Assembly: GCA_964035545.1 (NCBI GenBank)
Contig: OZ037767.1
Location: 4,170,707-4,234,706, forward strand
Source of the DNA: Bugula neritina
Taxonomy: Eukaryota > Animalia > Bryozoa
Direction of reading: 5' to 3'
DNA length: 64,000 nt
Shown here: positions 39,078-53,641 of the stretch, piece after piece
How positions within the stretch are numbered: the first letter of the stretch is position 1
Layout: each line of letters starts with the position of its first letter
Notes under the pieces: model-generated
What the model saw: the letters and a program-made list of their open reading frames with translations, nothing else
What the model was told of the DNA's origin: nothing
Database searches by the model: none
Program-made: the position numbers and the translations under genes

Positions 39078-39959
39078 TATACTCCCCGATAAGAGAGGGG
39101 GGAGGAGGGGTGAACTGACCCGTATGTCAACTCACATAAACTTCTAGTGGACCACAACTATGCACCATTTTGTTGAACTTCTGTGTCATTATGATCTTGT
39201 CTGATTTACTTGAAGCAATGCAGTTTAATTAGACTGGTTGCATTGCTTTAACTGTTCTACTTATCAAGTCCAGCTGTTGTATTACAGCAGCTTCAACTCC
39301 TAGAGTTCATCTTTTGTTTGTTAGTCCTTAACATAAAATCATAGCCTGCACTTTGTAAGGCAATATAAATCATAAGATAACGATTCTTTAGGTGATTATT
39401 TATTCTTTAATTAAATCAAATTGTGATATGCTGTTAGATGAAGATGATCAGATGTATTCATATATTTTCATACCACTATTATGTTTATTAAATAATTCAA
39501 TTCAAAATAAATATAATAATTAATGGAATCATAATTTATAGCACTAGAATAATATCAAGCTTGCTATTACACAATATGCAATCCACAGACATGAGCATTG
39601 CAGCCTACAATACAAGGTGAAGAATTTCGAGGAAAGAAGTTTATTTTTTGTAAAGTTATGTTGTATAGGGCTTGTATTTGAATTTATTTGAAATTTTTGA
39701 AAACCATTATTTCTCAACGTAATCGTACAGTTGGAAACATAAAATCAATGGACGGATAGATGAGCTAGTTATGAAAACAGAGCATGCTTCAAGAGAAGGC
39801 AACTCTTGAGAAAAGCAGCTTACTGACAATGTATTATAGATGTTATAGTTTGTTTGACCTGTTTTACAAGAAACGTGGAAGAATGCAACAGTGTTTTTTT
39901 AAATGGTGAATTACAGCTACGCACCAAAACTTTTCTAAAGAGTTGAAGAACATTGGGAA

Positions 39960-42900
39960 CTATGGCAACATGGCCAATTCTTCATCACTATATTTATCAG
40001 AGTAATTGTCACTATCGTTTTCCAGGTCGCCTGACACCTGTGAGAGAGCTTTGTAGGTCATATCTAAGTTTTTGGTCTTGGCAAACATAGTTGTTTTTCC
40101 AAACTCAATGTTTGACTCTAAATCTTCTCTTCCCTCATCATCTTCTAGAGACGTCTGCCTTGATGTAGACTTAGCCTTGTCGTCTGTATCTCCGTCATTG
40201 TGAGAGTCGCTTCCGGGAAATCCCCGTTGTTTTGACTTGTACACACTTCTCGTAGATCTCTGGCTAGAAGCAGGAGACTGCTTTGAAACAGCTTCTCTGT
40301 CAACACTAGCTTCACTCTTCTTGGAAGAATATCGTGGAGAAGGTGTGGGAGTTGTGTCATCAGCCAAAGAATCTTTTCTAGAATTTACCGAGGTTTGACG
40401 AGATGACGAGCTGTGGGCAGCTTGTCTAGGAAGAGGTTTAGATCCTGCGGAGTCTTTGAGAGCAGAAGTTCTGGAGGATCTACTAGCAGCTGAGTGGACA
40501 GACACTTCATCACTATGATCCCTTTGAGCTAGAGTCGCCGCATAGTTAGCCAGGGGGTCTGCTGAAGCCTTCGCAGATAGTTTCTCAGATAGGTGAGAAC
40601 TCAGCTCAGACTTTACTGACATCGTCTCCATTCCCACTTTGTTACTAAACACTGCATCCTCATTGGCTTGCAAGTCTTTGGTATCACCAAGGCCTACGAT
40701 ATATCACAATATAACAACATAGAATATCATTTATGACTTGTATGGGTGAATAAAATAATAGAGGCTGAAAATACAAGTATGCAATTCTTAAAAACAAACA
40801 TTATCATTTATATTTAAATGCAAACATTTGAATTGTCTGTTTGTAGCAGATATATAATATGGAAAGTAAATCTGATTTACTGAATTAAATCAAGTACTAG
40901 TCTACAGTCTGCTACCACAGATATGATCCCATGACCATATACCAACAGTAAAATAAAAAAACAAAGCGAAAAGTAAACATGGTTTAAAAAAAATTATGTC
41001 GTAGAGTACTTTAAAGCTGCCAAGATTAATTAACCCATCAAACTCAAGAGAGTTGGCCCATAAGCAATAAATGGATGTTTTTAAAACTTCTTGTAAAATA
41101 AAACCACAGCAAGCGTGTCTCAAATTGCAACTCCAACAACTATAATGTAAACCCAACTATAAAAGGAATATGGAACTTTCTAATAATTGTTAAAACATTC
41201 AATAGGTACCTCCATCTTCCAAAAGAAAGTCTACAGGAAAGACATGAAACAGACAAATTATTTTCAGTTCTTATTTACTGAAACTAGCAGCAACATGTTC
41301 AATAAAGATCCAAAAGTATTTCAGTATTAATAGTTTTACTTAATGCTAAAATAATGCACACGCTATTTTAAAACATAGAAAAAACTTATCTAAGGCCAAG
41401 CAAAAGCTCCAAGCCAAGTAAAAAACTGTTTGATCTCTGAAGCCATTTTTAAATGTATAAAGCAGGTAAAAAGTACACTGTGTAATACCAAATGACGGTG
41501 TTACCTGCGCAAGGTATATAATTGCTTACCCAACAGATCAACCAGTGCATCATCCATAGCCTTGGTATCTTTACCACTAGCCTTACTTCCCTTAGAGGAG
41601 CCAGTTTTAGAAACCAGTGAACTAACTGAGGGACTCTTCTCAGACACCTCGGCTATATCAGTCAGACTCTGTGCTTCCATAGGATTAGCTGACTGGTTCT
41701 TGTTCAATGCAGAGCTCTTATCGTAGTAATCTGTTGACATGAAATCACAATATCTATAAGAAGCTACAGAACTGAGAATACTTGTATCACTCCATCTTTA
41801 GTGACAATATTACATCACTAGAACAGCTGCTCTCACTATCCAACTAACAGCTGTGATGTCATACTGAATATACGCTGAGTGACACCAAGCTAGCAAATAA
41901 TGCAGCATACACTTTAAGAGGCTGCCTGTATATATCAATGTATTAGAGTGGGCGGCAGCTTATATTAAGAGGACCAGATTAGCTTACTTTATTCACAGCC
42001 ATAAATGATTTTAACTGCCACTTTCTTGAATTACTAAAAAATTCAAAACTCAATGATTCTGAACTGCACAGTAATTTGCACACTCTAAAGTATAGTCCAC
42101 AATGCAGGAAGATCAATCTGTTCACATGAAGGCATCAGTATCACACAATGCGGTCATGAGGTGTCTCCAACCAGCGTATATGTTTCAACCAACTATTTTA
42201 TTTTTTCCTCGAGTTAAGTCAGCAGATTTCAGACTTTGCAATAATATAAAATTACTTTATCTCCTTGAATGTTTTTTTTACTTTTTTATTGTACAAACTT
42301 GCCATTGTAATGTCAACTCATATCCACAAACGTGCGCACGCACACACACTCGCAAACACGCACACTCACAGGCACACACATACACTCGCAAACATGCACA
42401 CTCACAGACACACACACACACTTGCACACATGCACACTCACAGACACACACACACACTCGCAAACATGCACACTCGCAGACACGCACACATGTAATATAT
42501 ACTATATGGATTATGTAAATGTTAAAAATCTTTACTACACATTATAGACAATCTCTCCACAGGAAACACGCACCTCTGGAGTCAGTGGTTCCAGTCCAAT
42601 GATTTCCATCGAGAAGACCTGCTCCTTGTCGATCTGCACTTAAACTTCCCGCTTTTATATTTCTAAATTGAGATGAGTCACCCGTGTAGCCTGTAGTCTT
42701 GGAAGATGATCTGACCTTGGGGCGCTTGCTACCCATCCCAACATCATCTGGGTCTTCTCTATACGACTCATGAGCTGATATTCCCAAGTCTTCCCGCAAA
42801 TTATCCAGCATTGAGCGCATTCGATCCTATAAACACTGCTTTGTAAACTGGCGGCAAGAAAGTAACTAAGACTAACAGGTTAAAAAAGTAGTTCTAAGAG

Positions 42901-45900
42901 TGTAAAGTAAATCCTTCTCCGAACATTCTTTATATGCAGGCTAGCAGTTGGTATGCATTTATTATAATAATATATAATCTATCAGTTATACTGCTATACT
43001 AGTTGTGAATCCAACAGATTTTTACTACATATTTAATATACTTACTTCATCCAGTCTGCCTTTATTTTTCTGTATGTGCTCTTCAAATACATTACACAGA
43101 ACCCTGTTTGTAAATATCCCTCTGGTTAAGACATCATTGGTAACTTCTCCAATGAAATCAAGATAGGACAATTCTTCTTCTCTGGGAAAGAAACAATAAT
43201 GGGATCATAGTTACCATGCTAATGCATTATTATATACAAGTTATTATGGGATGTGTGTGCATGTGTGGATGCTGAATAAACATAATTGCATACGTGTATT
43301 ATATTATAGTATATTTTATCAAGAATATATTTTTGAGGAAAGACTTGTACCACTGACTAATAGTAGAAACCAATATATATATATAGAGAGAGAGTAACTC
43401 CATAATAACATGTATTATTTTGAATTGCCAAATCCTTTTATAAGCAAGTAGATGTAATGGTAGGTGAAGACTCGGCCTCGCAAGAAGGTACCAGTTGTTT
43501 GAAAGTCATTTAATTCTGTAATCTTGGGGACATGAGTGCTAAATATTTAACCACCCCCCCCAAATCATTATTTGTCATCAGGCAGCAATAACTAAAGATT
43601 GGTGGGTGTTGTGAACTTTTATGTTTTAGGTTATTTGTAACTCTCAACTTTGTTCAAGATAATGCACAAGAAACTTCAAATCTGTGGTAAATGTGTAAAT
43701 ATAATGTGATGCAACCTAGACGCAACCTACAGCGTTCTTGGTCAGCACTAAATACAACACTCAATATAAGTTGTAGCAACATGCAACATACATTGGCACA
43801 ATCATTATTATGGCAATCAAGTTATGAAAGTAAACTCCCAGATGAGAGAATAATTTCCAAAAACATCTTTTTGTGTGACCTTTTTAATGTTATCTGCAAC
43901 TGGCTTGCAACATCCTTTCATTTCATTTTAGAAGCCAAACTTCTGGTGTATGATTTGCTGCTAGTTAAGATAATAACAAATAATTTTAACAAAGGAAAAA
44001 TTTTATATTACCTGATGACATTAATATCAGTCATTACACATTAATACAAATTGTAATCATGACAAAAAAATTAAATAAATTTAGAGATGACAATAATTCA
44101 ACTGAGCTAAGCTGCATCTCAGCTGAACAGCTTTAAGAAACGAGTCTCCTTTTACAGAGGTGCTGCTTATATTCATAGTCTCTCCCTTCAGGTGGTAAAA
44201 TCCCTCCACATCGGCATATGATGTTGGAATAGCCAGGTACTTCTGAGCTAAGCCGCTCAAGTGTGGGAAGTTGGTATCATTGGCTTGCCAGTAACTCATG
44301 ATGTCACAGTCTTCCATCATCAGTGGTTCGTCCAGATATCGTAACACCTCCGAGGCTATCGTACCCGCCTGCACCGATTCCGGCGGTTGTTTCAGAATTC
44401 TTGTAAAGAATCCACTTTGGATGGATTCTGGTTTAATTGACTCATCACTGTCACCACCTTCGGACAGCCTTTCACCTTTCGCCAGTTGAATTATACTTTT
44501 CTTTAAATCATTTTGATTTGCATTGTCGCACCATTGCAGCTTGAATCTGGGATCAAGAATGGTGGCGATGGTGTAAGCGTTGGCCTTGTTATTGTCATCT
44601 ATGTCAGCAGTCACCATCTGATAGTTCTTAGCCAGTTCATCCACCAGCTGGCATTCACTATAAGCTTCCTTCAGATCTAGTAATGCCGCCTTCAGTAACC
44701 TTATGGAGGCAAAAGCTAAGCTGCATGAGATCGACCGGGTATTCTGGACCCTCTTAGCTACTTCCTGAAAAGGCCTCAACACTTCTACCATGTTAGTTAG
44801 AAGAAGAATCTGATCTGGTGGTAGGAGTCGGTCAGGTGAATCAGCCAGGAATTTCTCTCTTGGAGTTTGTAGAACCAGGTCTATGAGACTGAGGTGCTCC
44901 ACCCAGGAATATTGTTTCGTCTGTGAAGTAGAGTGTCCGAGTTCGATGCCGGCAGACTCTGCCAAGGCAGCAGCTTGACTGATGGCTTCCAGTAAAGTAT
45001 CTCCGCAATCTGTGATGGACTGAGTCACAGCTTTACCTAGCAGGTAGGCGTAACCACTTTGACCTAACGACACGCTCACTGGCAGACTCTCAACAACGCC
45101 ACCTGGTGAGAGAAATCCTGGAAGAGGGAAATTATTGCCTAGATTATTAATGGTCACCAGTACTCTGGACTCGAGTGAATATTGACTTAGCACTGTTTGC
45201 TGAAGTTCGGCCATTTTGTTTTTGTCTTGTAATACGTCTGCAGAGACTGTAGCTCCACTGAGCAGCACGTGCTTGTAGCACCAACCCTCAATGTAATGAC
45301 AAGTCAGCGTCAGGTAAAAGAGATTGACGTCTGAATGTTTCCAGACCTCCTGGGAGAGACACAAACTGGGGACAGATTTCAACTGATCCGCGAGTTGAGC
45401 TTTTCGAAGTGAGATCTTGAAATCGCACAACCTTTGAACTTCATCTTGAGATGGTAATCTGTACTCAGGGTTGATACGATGCAGAAACTCTGCTAATCGT
45501 GGACTTCCAACCACTTCCATCGGAAGAAAATCTCCTACAAGATGATGAGGGAAAACATATCAAGTCTTTTCATCAATTACAGTTATTCTATCAATTAGTC
45601 TTGTTAGAGTAGCTTAAATTGAGTTAGCTATCAAGAGCATCACATATTGTTGATAAGATAGTTAACTTGCACATGCTATATTCTATGTGGACGCTACCAC
45701 AACAATACAAGCAATGACAAGTTTAGTTTATTGTCATTAGATAGTGTGTGATATTAACCCAGGAAAATACAGTAATATAACTGTAACTAAGGATGATGTT
45801 AAAAGGGATACTATGCTATACTATGTTATGTGCATGTGATTTACTGTTTTAGCAATAGCAAGTAAGGTAGAGAATGTTACATAGGAGATGGTGTTGGTAT

Positions 45901-48900
45901 TAACAATGTATTATTACGTATCATAGTAGACCAGTTGCACAGAGCTTCGCAGTTAATCTAATAAACAAATTATTATAGCCACTCTCACACACAGTTAGCT
46001 TTTATCAACATCATGTCTGAAGAACAGACAACTTCATATCAGCTAGAACTAAGGCTAGCATACAAATGGCCCTAGGTCTATAAACCCCAGCTGCTAATAC
46101 TTATAGAGTTATACTGAGACTATAATTTATGATGCTAATGTAAGCGAGACAGATACAGTAAAACTCACCAACAATGAAATTGAGAAGTGCCTCCGTTTGT
46201 GAATGTTGCTGGAGTCCAGAGAAAGCACTTTCACTTGTTGACCGAAACGGGTTTGAGGGACCCGTCCACACCTTTTCATTCTCGTCAGGGTCAGTTTTAA
46301 CGGTTGCTGAAGGCATTACTATATCTAATGCATCAAAAGTAGAAGTGTGATCTCGAACTGTTGAGGTAGGAAGGTGATGACTGCTGCTGTTACTCATAGA
46401 ATTTGCTCCTCGCAAAAAACAGTCTTGGTTACTAGAGAGTTCTCCTGATCCCCCCTCAGGACTTGGAATAGATCCAATGATAGCAGAATCTGGCTCATCT
46501 AATGATGCTATAGAAACCATAGCATAGCCATAAGGATTATCTGTCTTAGACCCTCCAGCTAGTGACTGCCTTCCCAGACGGCCCTGAAACTCTCTGTGTA
46601 GGTCTGGATGACATTTTCTGAGATGAGTGATGAAATTGGAGTTAACTTTCCTGGTTCCACTGATAACTTTATGACAAGATTTACAAGTAGCTCGAATTGC
46701 ATGAAGTCTAGCTTCGTGTGTAGTTGCTTGGCATTTGTCACTGTTGCTTTCTATCTTACAGAAATAATCTAAAATTTTTACTCTGCCTGCTTTAAACTCC
46801 ATGCTATGTAGTATTCCAATGTGTTTATACAATGTACAGTTGCAGTCTGTGACCGTAGCATTGATTGCTAGAATCACTACAGCTCAACTAACGAGTTTAG
46901 TAATGGAATACTGGCCGCCGTGGGATGGGTATTATTACAATATATTGGCAATTGCATTCATCCCTCAATTGCACTAATCATTACCGCTGTATTGGAAATT
47001 TAAATGCTATTTGCTGGCGTATTCCATAATTACATCAGGCTAATGTATGTAAAGCCTGCAATGCATTGAGTCTTGCTCAATGAAGCATGACCGCGGAGCT
47101 AAATGTCGCGAAGAGATGATACAGCAACGCATGGGCATCAGCAATTGATACAACATTGAATAAAAACAACTATAAAATAATATCCTTGTAAGCACCTGCG
47201 ATTGAAGTTTGCTTTAAATACTTAAAGTAGTAGGTATACTATTATCATAAGCAAAAGAATAGCAAATACTACTGCTGCTATTATTGTTCAAATAAAAACT
47301 AGCAATTTAGCAATGTCGTTTATATAAAGTTGTTTCAAGAGTTCTAAAAGTAATGGCCAATAATCACTGCACAGCCTGCAAAAGCCTTTCACCCTAAGCC
47401 TTGCCAAAAAATCTAACAATTGATTCCAGTAAAATAAAACAAAAATAATTCAATTTAACACATTTTCACTATTAGTATAAATACCAAAGTGAAATATTGA
47501 GCCAAAAAGCTGTGACTCCCACATGATAATATTCAGTGTTTGGTGATAGAGAGAGGTAGGTGCAGTAATAGAGAAATTGAGAAAAGCCTGTGTTCTAGAT
47601 GAAAACTGCAGCATAATTAGTTATGTTCCATCATGACTGATTCAGGTTATTTGCATTATACAGGCTCATGTACTACTCCCAAAGTGATTTGAGCACTCTG
47701 GCTTGAAGTAAAACATAATATGATTTAATAGAAACATTAATTTGGCAAGGGCCATGCTACTTTGCTATGTGCTAATGAGATGACAAATCCAAACTGCTAT
47801 CTACAGACTAATTTGTGAACACTGACTTTCCATTGAGTGCTCTCAATCTGACTGTAGCCAGTTTAAATGCAAAAACCGGTCTAAGTCTGAGCTATTTGTT
47901 TGTTCAGCTCAAACTCAATCTATGGGGAACTTAATTTTGACAATTTGACTCTCAACATATGCACCAAACAGGTGGAAAAAGTAGAATACATGTGATGCAC
48001 TAATATTATAAAATAACAAATTGTTAACTATTAGTAAAAAATACAATAGGAGTATTTGTATCAAATAAATCAAATCCTCATTTTCAACTGCCAGTATAAG
48101 ACAGTTAGTGTTTACAGTAGGTGCAGTGACTGAAAAATTTACAAGGCCAAAGTTCTGCAATCAACAACAAAATGTCAAATCTGAGTCTTCTGCATCAGGT
48201 CTTACTGTGGGAAAACTATTTCACTAGTATTATAACTGTAACTGTACATACTCTTTTTTGATTTTTTGTTTTGTGTACCCATTCCTGGCAGATGTTGACG
48301 GCACTGGGGCTTGACCAGTCAGCTCCTCCTGCAGGGGGCGATAATCCTTAGACTCGTGTCTAGCCGACTGCTCCTGCAGCCATCTCATGTGATCTTGGTC
48401 TATGCTGATGTCAAGCTTCGGTACCGCCCCTTCATAAAACACATCATACGAGAATTCTGCTAGGATAGTATGTGGTCTAATTTAAAAACTCCTAAAACCT
48501 TACGGCTAAACTTCATTAGTTTAGAAGTGATTTGCTTTACTTTTTGAATAACTAAATTAACCAGCGCAACAAATAATAACCATCACTATTTACCTGCAAT
48601 ATACTCAAAACATTATAAATTGATTAAATCTCAATATTTACCTGGGAGCTGGTGTAGTGGTTAAAGCACAGGTCAGGTAAACACAAGGTTATGGGTTCAA
48701 TCCCCATGAAAGCCATTGGTGATGTTAGAAATGCGGTCAGTCATAATTACCTTTTTTACCAAAATAGAAAAACAGCCCTTAGCTTGCTTAGCAAACCTTT
48801 TCATCATGGGTTCTCAGAGATATGACGACTGTAAACTCGTGTGAATTCTGTTTATTTACCTGACATTGTGAGTCTTGTAGAGAAATCTCGGCTCATGAGT

Positions 48901-51900
48901 GTCTCGTCGAGTATGTCTGACTCTGTAGCACTTGGCGCGAAACCCTTGTTAGTCTTAGAGCTGCTTGGAGGTAAACTTTTTTTAGCAGGTCTAACAATAA
49001 GCAAGTATAAGAATTTGCTGTATAATAGTTCATACTGCACACGTAACTAGCAGAAAAGCAATCAATAAATAAAAACTAAATATTTATTGCAATAGTGTTA
49101 TTGAAAGTTAACCTATAGCCATGTGTTTATAAAATTATCACATTTTAAAAACAAATACTACGTGCCGAGTCAATAATAAATAAAATACTATTAATTATTG
49201 AAGTTGGAACCTGAAATGTTTGGTTTGACTGAGTTTAGAAGGAACGTCCTTATATTTAGAACTCTGCAAGGTGCGTGGAGTAAACGACCTGGACGGCTCA
49301 GTAAAGACGTGCATTCGTTTGTCCAGTATGTCGGCTACAAAACATTTACCAAGTGTTACTATCAATCGATAATGTGATGCATTACAATTGCAGCAAAACA
49401 AATAGGTAGTCTTCCTTTATGTCACAACTTTAAATGTTTTCTCATTGAATATATTGAAAAGGCCATTGGCTTTAAGGACGTTAGCACTACAATTATGGAG
49501 AGAAATACATTTATATTGTGTAACCCAAAATGCAATGAGCAGTACTTTTTGCTAGGAATTTACACAATACTAAATAAGTTATACTAAATGCTAAAATTTT
49601 GTAGATATGTAAATAAATCAACACGTATGTGGTGCAGAGTTAAATGCATTGAATGACCTGATGTTGTTTCAAATACAACAGAGAATGGCTAAAGAATTAC
49701 CAGACATAGTTTTTCTCTGCAACGTGTTCATACTCATGGCTTCTGCCATTCCCCTGCTGGTTCTTTGACCTCGAGAACTCCCTGAACGAGCAGACAACTT
49801 CTCACCTATTGTATTAAAACAATAATTGCCCCAACATAACTCTATAGCAACAGGCAAAACAGCAAGGATTTACACTAGTACAGGTATTTATAAAAATGCT
49901 TTAGAAGTGAAAATAATGTATGCTGTATAAAAGGACAAAATAACGATTCCTAATTCAATAGATTTTTTATGACACATTATTGCATCATGAGTATTTTTAA
50001 ACTACTATTATTTAAATATTAGTAGTTTTAAAGTTTCTAAACAAATAGATCGATAAAAAGTAACGAGTATATTATTGATACAATTATCACCATTGCGTGA
50101 ATCTAAACTTTGTAGTTGGAGAAAATACCTAGTTACTACTGAGCCTTCTCAGTTCCATACGTCTAAAATATTCAACATGGCTCTCAATAGTCAAGAAATA
50201 ACTAACCTGGCGCACCAGCTTCTCCATTTAGCATCCTGTCGATTCGCTCAGAGTCAATTGTATCATTCACCATGGCATTTATACAGTTGATTTCATCTTG
50301 AGTAAAATTCTGATAATCAACATCATCTAACGTGAAAGGCTGCAAATTCAATGCAATATTGAGTTAGTGTACAGACATATACAGTATATATATAGTAGGA
50401 AGATAATCTAAATTTCAATTCTTCTTAAAAAAAGCTTTAATTATTGGCAATTCTGACAGCCGAGAATGTTTGAATTCCTTAAAAAATTATCCAATATAAA
50501 ACAAGACTCTTCAAAATGGCTATTTTAACTAACCTTCTCAAAAAATACCATTTTCATTATTTTATACAAATACGGAGTAGTTATAAAAGTTATAAAATGC
50601 AATTTCTGAAATTATTAAAAGTATTTGTTTTAAATTAAAGGGTATTTGACATCCCATAGCCTCTCATCTTAGCATGAAAAAACTAACTGTTAGAACCTAC
50701 ATATTTACATATTACAGTGTTATTACATGCTCTCTGTTACTTATGTATCTTAACAAAACACAAAGAATTAAGCAAAAAAAAATAAAGCGGGTTAAATAAA
50801 ACAGCATGAAACATTATTATTATTATTGTACCACTCTAAGTATACTAGTAAAATAATCAACAAACAAAACATGTAAACTATACATCTAAATTAGCAGGTG
50901 TGTAGGTAGCTTTCATAGCCCCAGAGCGTGCACTTCCAGGTCTGTTAGCTCGTGCACTACTCGGTCTAATGCCCGATGGTCTCGAATTTGTCAGGTTTTT
51001 AGCTGAGCCCGATCTCTTGCTGTTGGCTATTATAGCATCCCGCACTTGTCTGTCTCGAACTGATAGAACACAATTCAAACTCATAAGACTTCATTTTTAC
51101 ATGTAATGCATTGTCTTGTTAACAAACCCTTACTAACAGTATCATAAGGCATAACTTTCAATATCATAATACAGAAATATTTGGTTTTTTTTTTCTAATA
51201 TAAAAAACTATTGCAAGTACAAAAAATTACTATAGTCCACTTTTTATATTTTTCAATAATTGCTGCATATATAATATATGCAATGAACATGTAGGTGTAG
51301 AACTTCTGTCATAGCTTTTACACTTGGAGTAACTTACCCTTCTGACTGCTAGTAAATGTTTTAGGCACTGATGAATCAATAGCAGCTACAATACAGAATA
51401 TTGCTTGAAATCAAAACTTTTAAGGGTTCCAACTATATTAATTTGTAAAACTAAACAGCAAACAATAACTTGATTTATGTAAAAAAAAATAACTCTCACC
51501 TTTTCAATTTAGAATAAAAATTATAATTATTATAAGCAAAATAGTGCAACTAGCTAATAGTAATAGGAAGCATAAACTAAATATATAAAAATCAAAGTTC
51601 TTCAATTGTTGAAAGCGTTTAAACTACATTGGAACAGCCCAAAGTTATTTTATACAAAACAAACACAAATTATGTTGTTTACTTTGTATAAATTGATATC
51701 ACAAAAGTACCTACATTTGGCACTTAGAAGCTTTTTGTAATGTGCATTCATGTGATCAATCACCAAATCTTGAGACACACTCTTGCCACATGATGGGTTT
51801 AGTGCTGTAAGAAATAGAGGGCATAAAAATTTACAGCATTAAATATTCAGATTTGGTAAAATAAAAAGTAGAAAAAGTTAAGTTCAAATATATCTTTTAC

Positions 51901-52900
51901 AGATGTGCTTATTTGAAACATTGCCAAAAAACTGAAAGCATTTCAAACTTATGACACTTACGACTACTCTTCAGTGCTAAATTTCCCTTCAAAGCTGGCT
52001 TTCCAGTGCCTGAAAAAATGTAGCAGTTAAATATTATAACTTATAAATTGTAAAAGACAAATAATATGTAAACTTTGTCATGGTGTCTTGAATTGTTAAT
52101 TGACTGAAACATATAAATACACTTAAGATTTTTATGCTAATTTCAAGTTACACACAGAAAGTTCTTATAACAAAAAATTAGAAAAACAAGCTAATACTAA
52201 TTCTGATTAAATAAAGAATAAATTAAAGTATTTCCTCAAACAACTTGCACAGCAAAATAACTAGTCTTATAGCTAAGGTTAATGTGCATAGTAATAGCAT
52301 ACAATTAGTGCAAGCATGAACATTTTTCCAAAATTAGTTTGTGAAAAACATCATTATGCCCAGTAGCTACAATAGTTTTAAAAAATTAACTTTAGTATTA
52401 AACTTGATAAAAGAAAGAATGAAAATGCAAACTATTACTAATGAGTTCAAAAAACTACAAAATAGTAATAAAAATTAAAAGTTGTCTACAAAATTCAAAC
52501 AAAATTTTAAGTACTATATAGTTGAAGTAAATTGATGATAACCATAATCATAATCACTTTATCATAATCATAATGATAGTGATAATCATAATCAAATAAT
52601 AATATTTTAAATTCTACATATTATCATCATGTATAAGCTGAAGTTACTTTCAAAAAGCTGAATAATTGAAAAAAATTGTTTCAATTTATTAGCAAACATT
52701 TATAAATGCAATAAATTTACTGAAGTAATCAATGAAATATTTATTGGAATAAATATTGTTTAACTTTATATTTAATAATAGTTTGATTAAATTAAAATTT
52801 AATGATTTAAAATATCAATTATTTTGGTCAAGCTTATGCTGTAGGCGACAAAGAAAAACAATTATATTAACTTACTCTTTTGGTTTCGATATCCACTCAT
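39960..52900 (-). CDS. SPATA7: Spermatogenesis-associated protein 7 homologue (ciliary protein), ~14-15 exons
   Basis: Exons 52900-52876, 52009-51962, 51804-51715, 51385-51338, 51059-50884, 50339-50207, 49805-49701, 49334-49211, 48990-48860, 48459-48252, 43181-43046, 42826-42574, 41730-41530, (41230-41210), 40693-39960. Blocks LKGNLALKS, HMNAHYKKLLSAKSAIDSSVP, DILDK..F....SFTPRTL and EEELSYLDFIGEVTNDVLTRGIFTNRVL..VFEEHI..NK...MRSML..L..DLG match SPATA7 as I recall it. Confidence 0.85.
42330..42490. repeat. CA-rich compound micro/minisatellite in a SPATA7 intron
   Basis: About 36-nt units of the type CACACACTCGCAAACATGCACACTCACAGA. Confidence 0.9.
44081..46802 (-). CDS. hAT-transposase-derived ZBED-like protein (BED zinc finger, RNase H-like core, hATC dimerisation domain), ~695 aa, 2 exons, nested in a SPATA7 intron
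   Basis: Exons 46802-46169 and 45534-44081 join in phase 1. BED finger ATCKSC..SNFITHLRKCHP, ATILDPRFK, and YWQ....FPHLSGLAQKYLAIPTS...E. No stops or frameshifts. Confidence 0.88.
47553..47615 (+). mobile_element. Truncated copy of the MITE-like repeat (copy 2)
   Basis: GAGGTAGGTGCAGTAATAGAGAAATTGAGAAAAGCCTGTGTTCTAGAT, near-identical to the copies at 11521 and 57912. Confidence 0.65.
48643..48843 (+). mobile_element. tRNA-derived SINE, diverged copy
   Basis: A box GGTGTAGTGG, B box GGTTCAATCCC, then GCCATTGGTGATGTTAG..CAGTCATAATTAC and GACTGTAAAC, shared with the copy at 58221. Confidence 0.75.
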
Positions 52901-53599
52901 AATTAGAAAACTCAAACACCCCACAATAAATTCGATTTATACTTTTCTACAATAGCCAAGTGCAAAAAGAGTGAATGATAAGTCAAAGAATAATCGGCCA
53001 TCTTGGTAACTATAAACTCGCATTAAATTCTATAACTAACCGTTATTGAAACATGCTTATAGAATCAGCCAATTATATAAAGGCTTTTAAAAACCACATG
53101 CAGTTGTAACTTGGGTATTCAAAATTATATTCATTTATTTTCGCTGTACTGCAATGTAATCAGAAATCAATTAGTCTCTTTAATTTGGAGTTTGCAGTTG
53201 TTCGTGTTACACGATTCAAATAAGAAATATGAAACTGTAGATAGAAAAAAACTTGCAATTTCAATTTGTAACGCTCACTGTATTACTTACCAAAATTCAA
53301 TGACACGGACTTATTTTTATGGTAATACTAATAGTAATAGACATAGTAAAAGTAAAACTAAACAGTAAATGAGTAAATCAAAATGTAATACTAATTCAGT
53401 AATTGCCAATGGCAACAGTTATACACTTATACTTATAGTTATACTAATAGTGAATCTATACTAATACTAAAGCCAACGTAATACTTAATACTAATAGTTA
53501 TATAGTTATGATGAATTGAAATTTGCTTTAAGTTCAAGTTTAAATAAGCTTTAAGAATAATTAATCATAATCATAATGATAATGTCTACAACTACAAAT

Positions 53600-53641
53600 A
53601 CTACTACTACTACTACTACTAGTAGTAGTAGTAGTAGTAGT
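53600..53641. repeat. Perfect 42-bp palindrome (ACT)7(AGT)7
   Basis: Directly visible, centred at 53620/53621 with no spacer. Confidence 0.9.

Noticed and set aside
42102-42547. His/Thr-rich and Cys/Val-rich ORFs
   Set aside because: They are translations of a CA-rich repeat.
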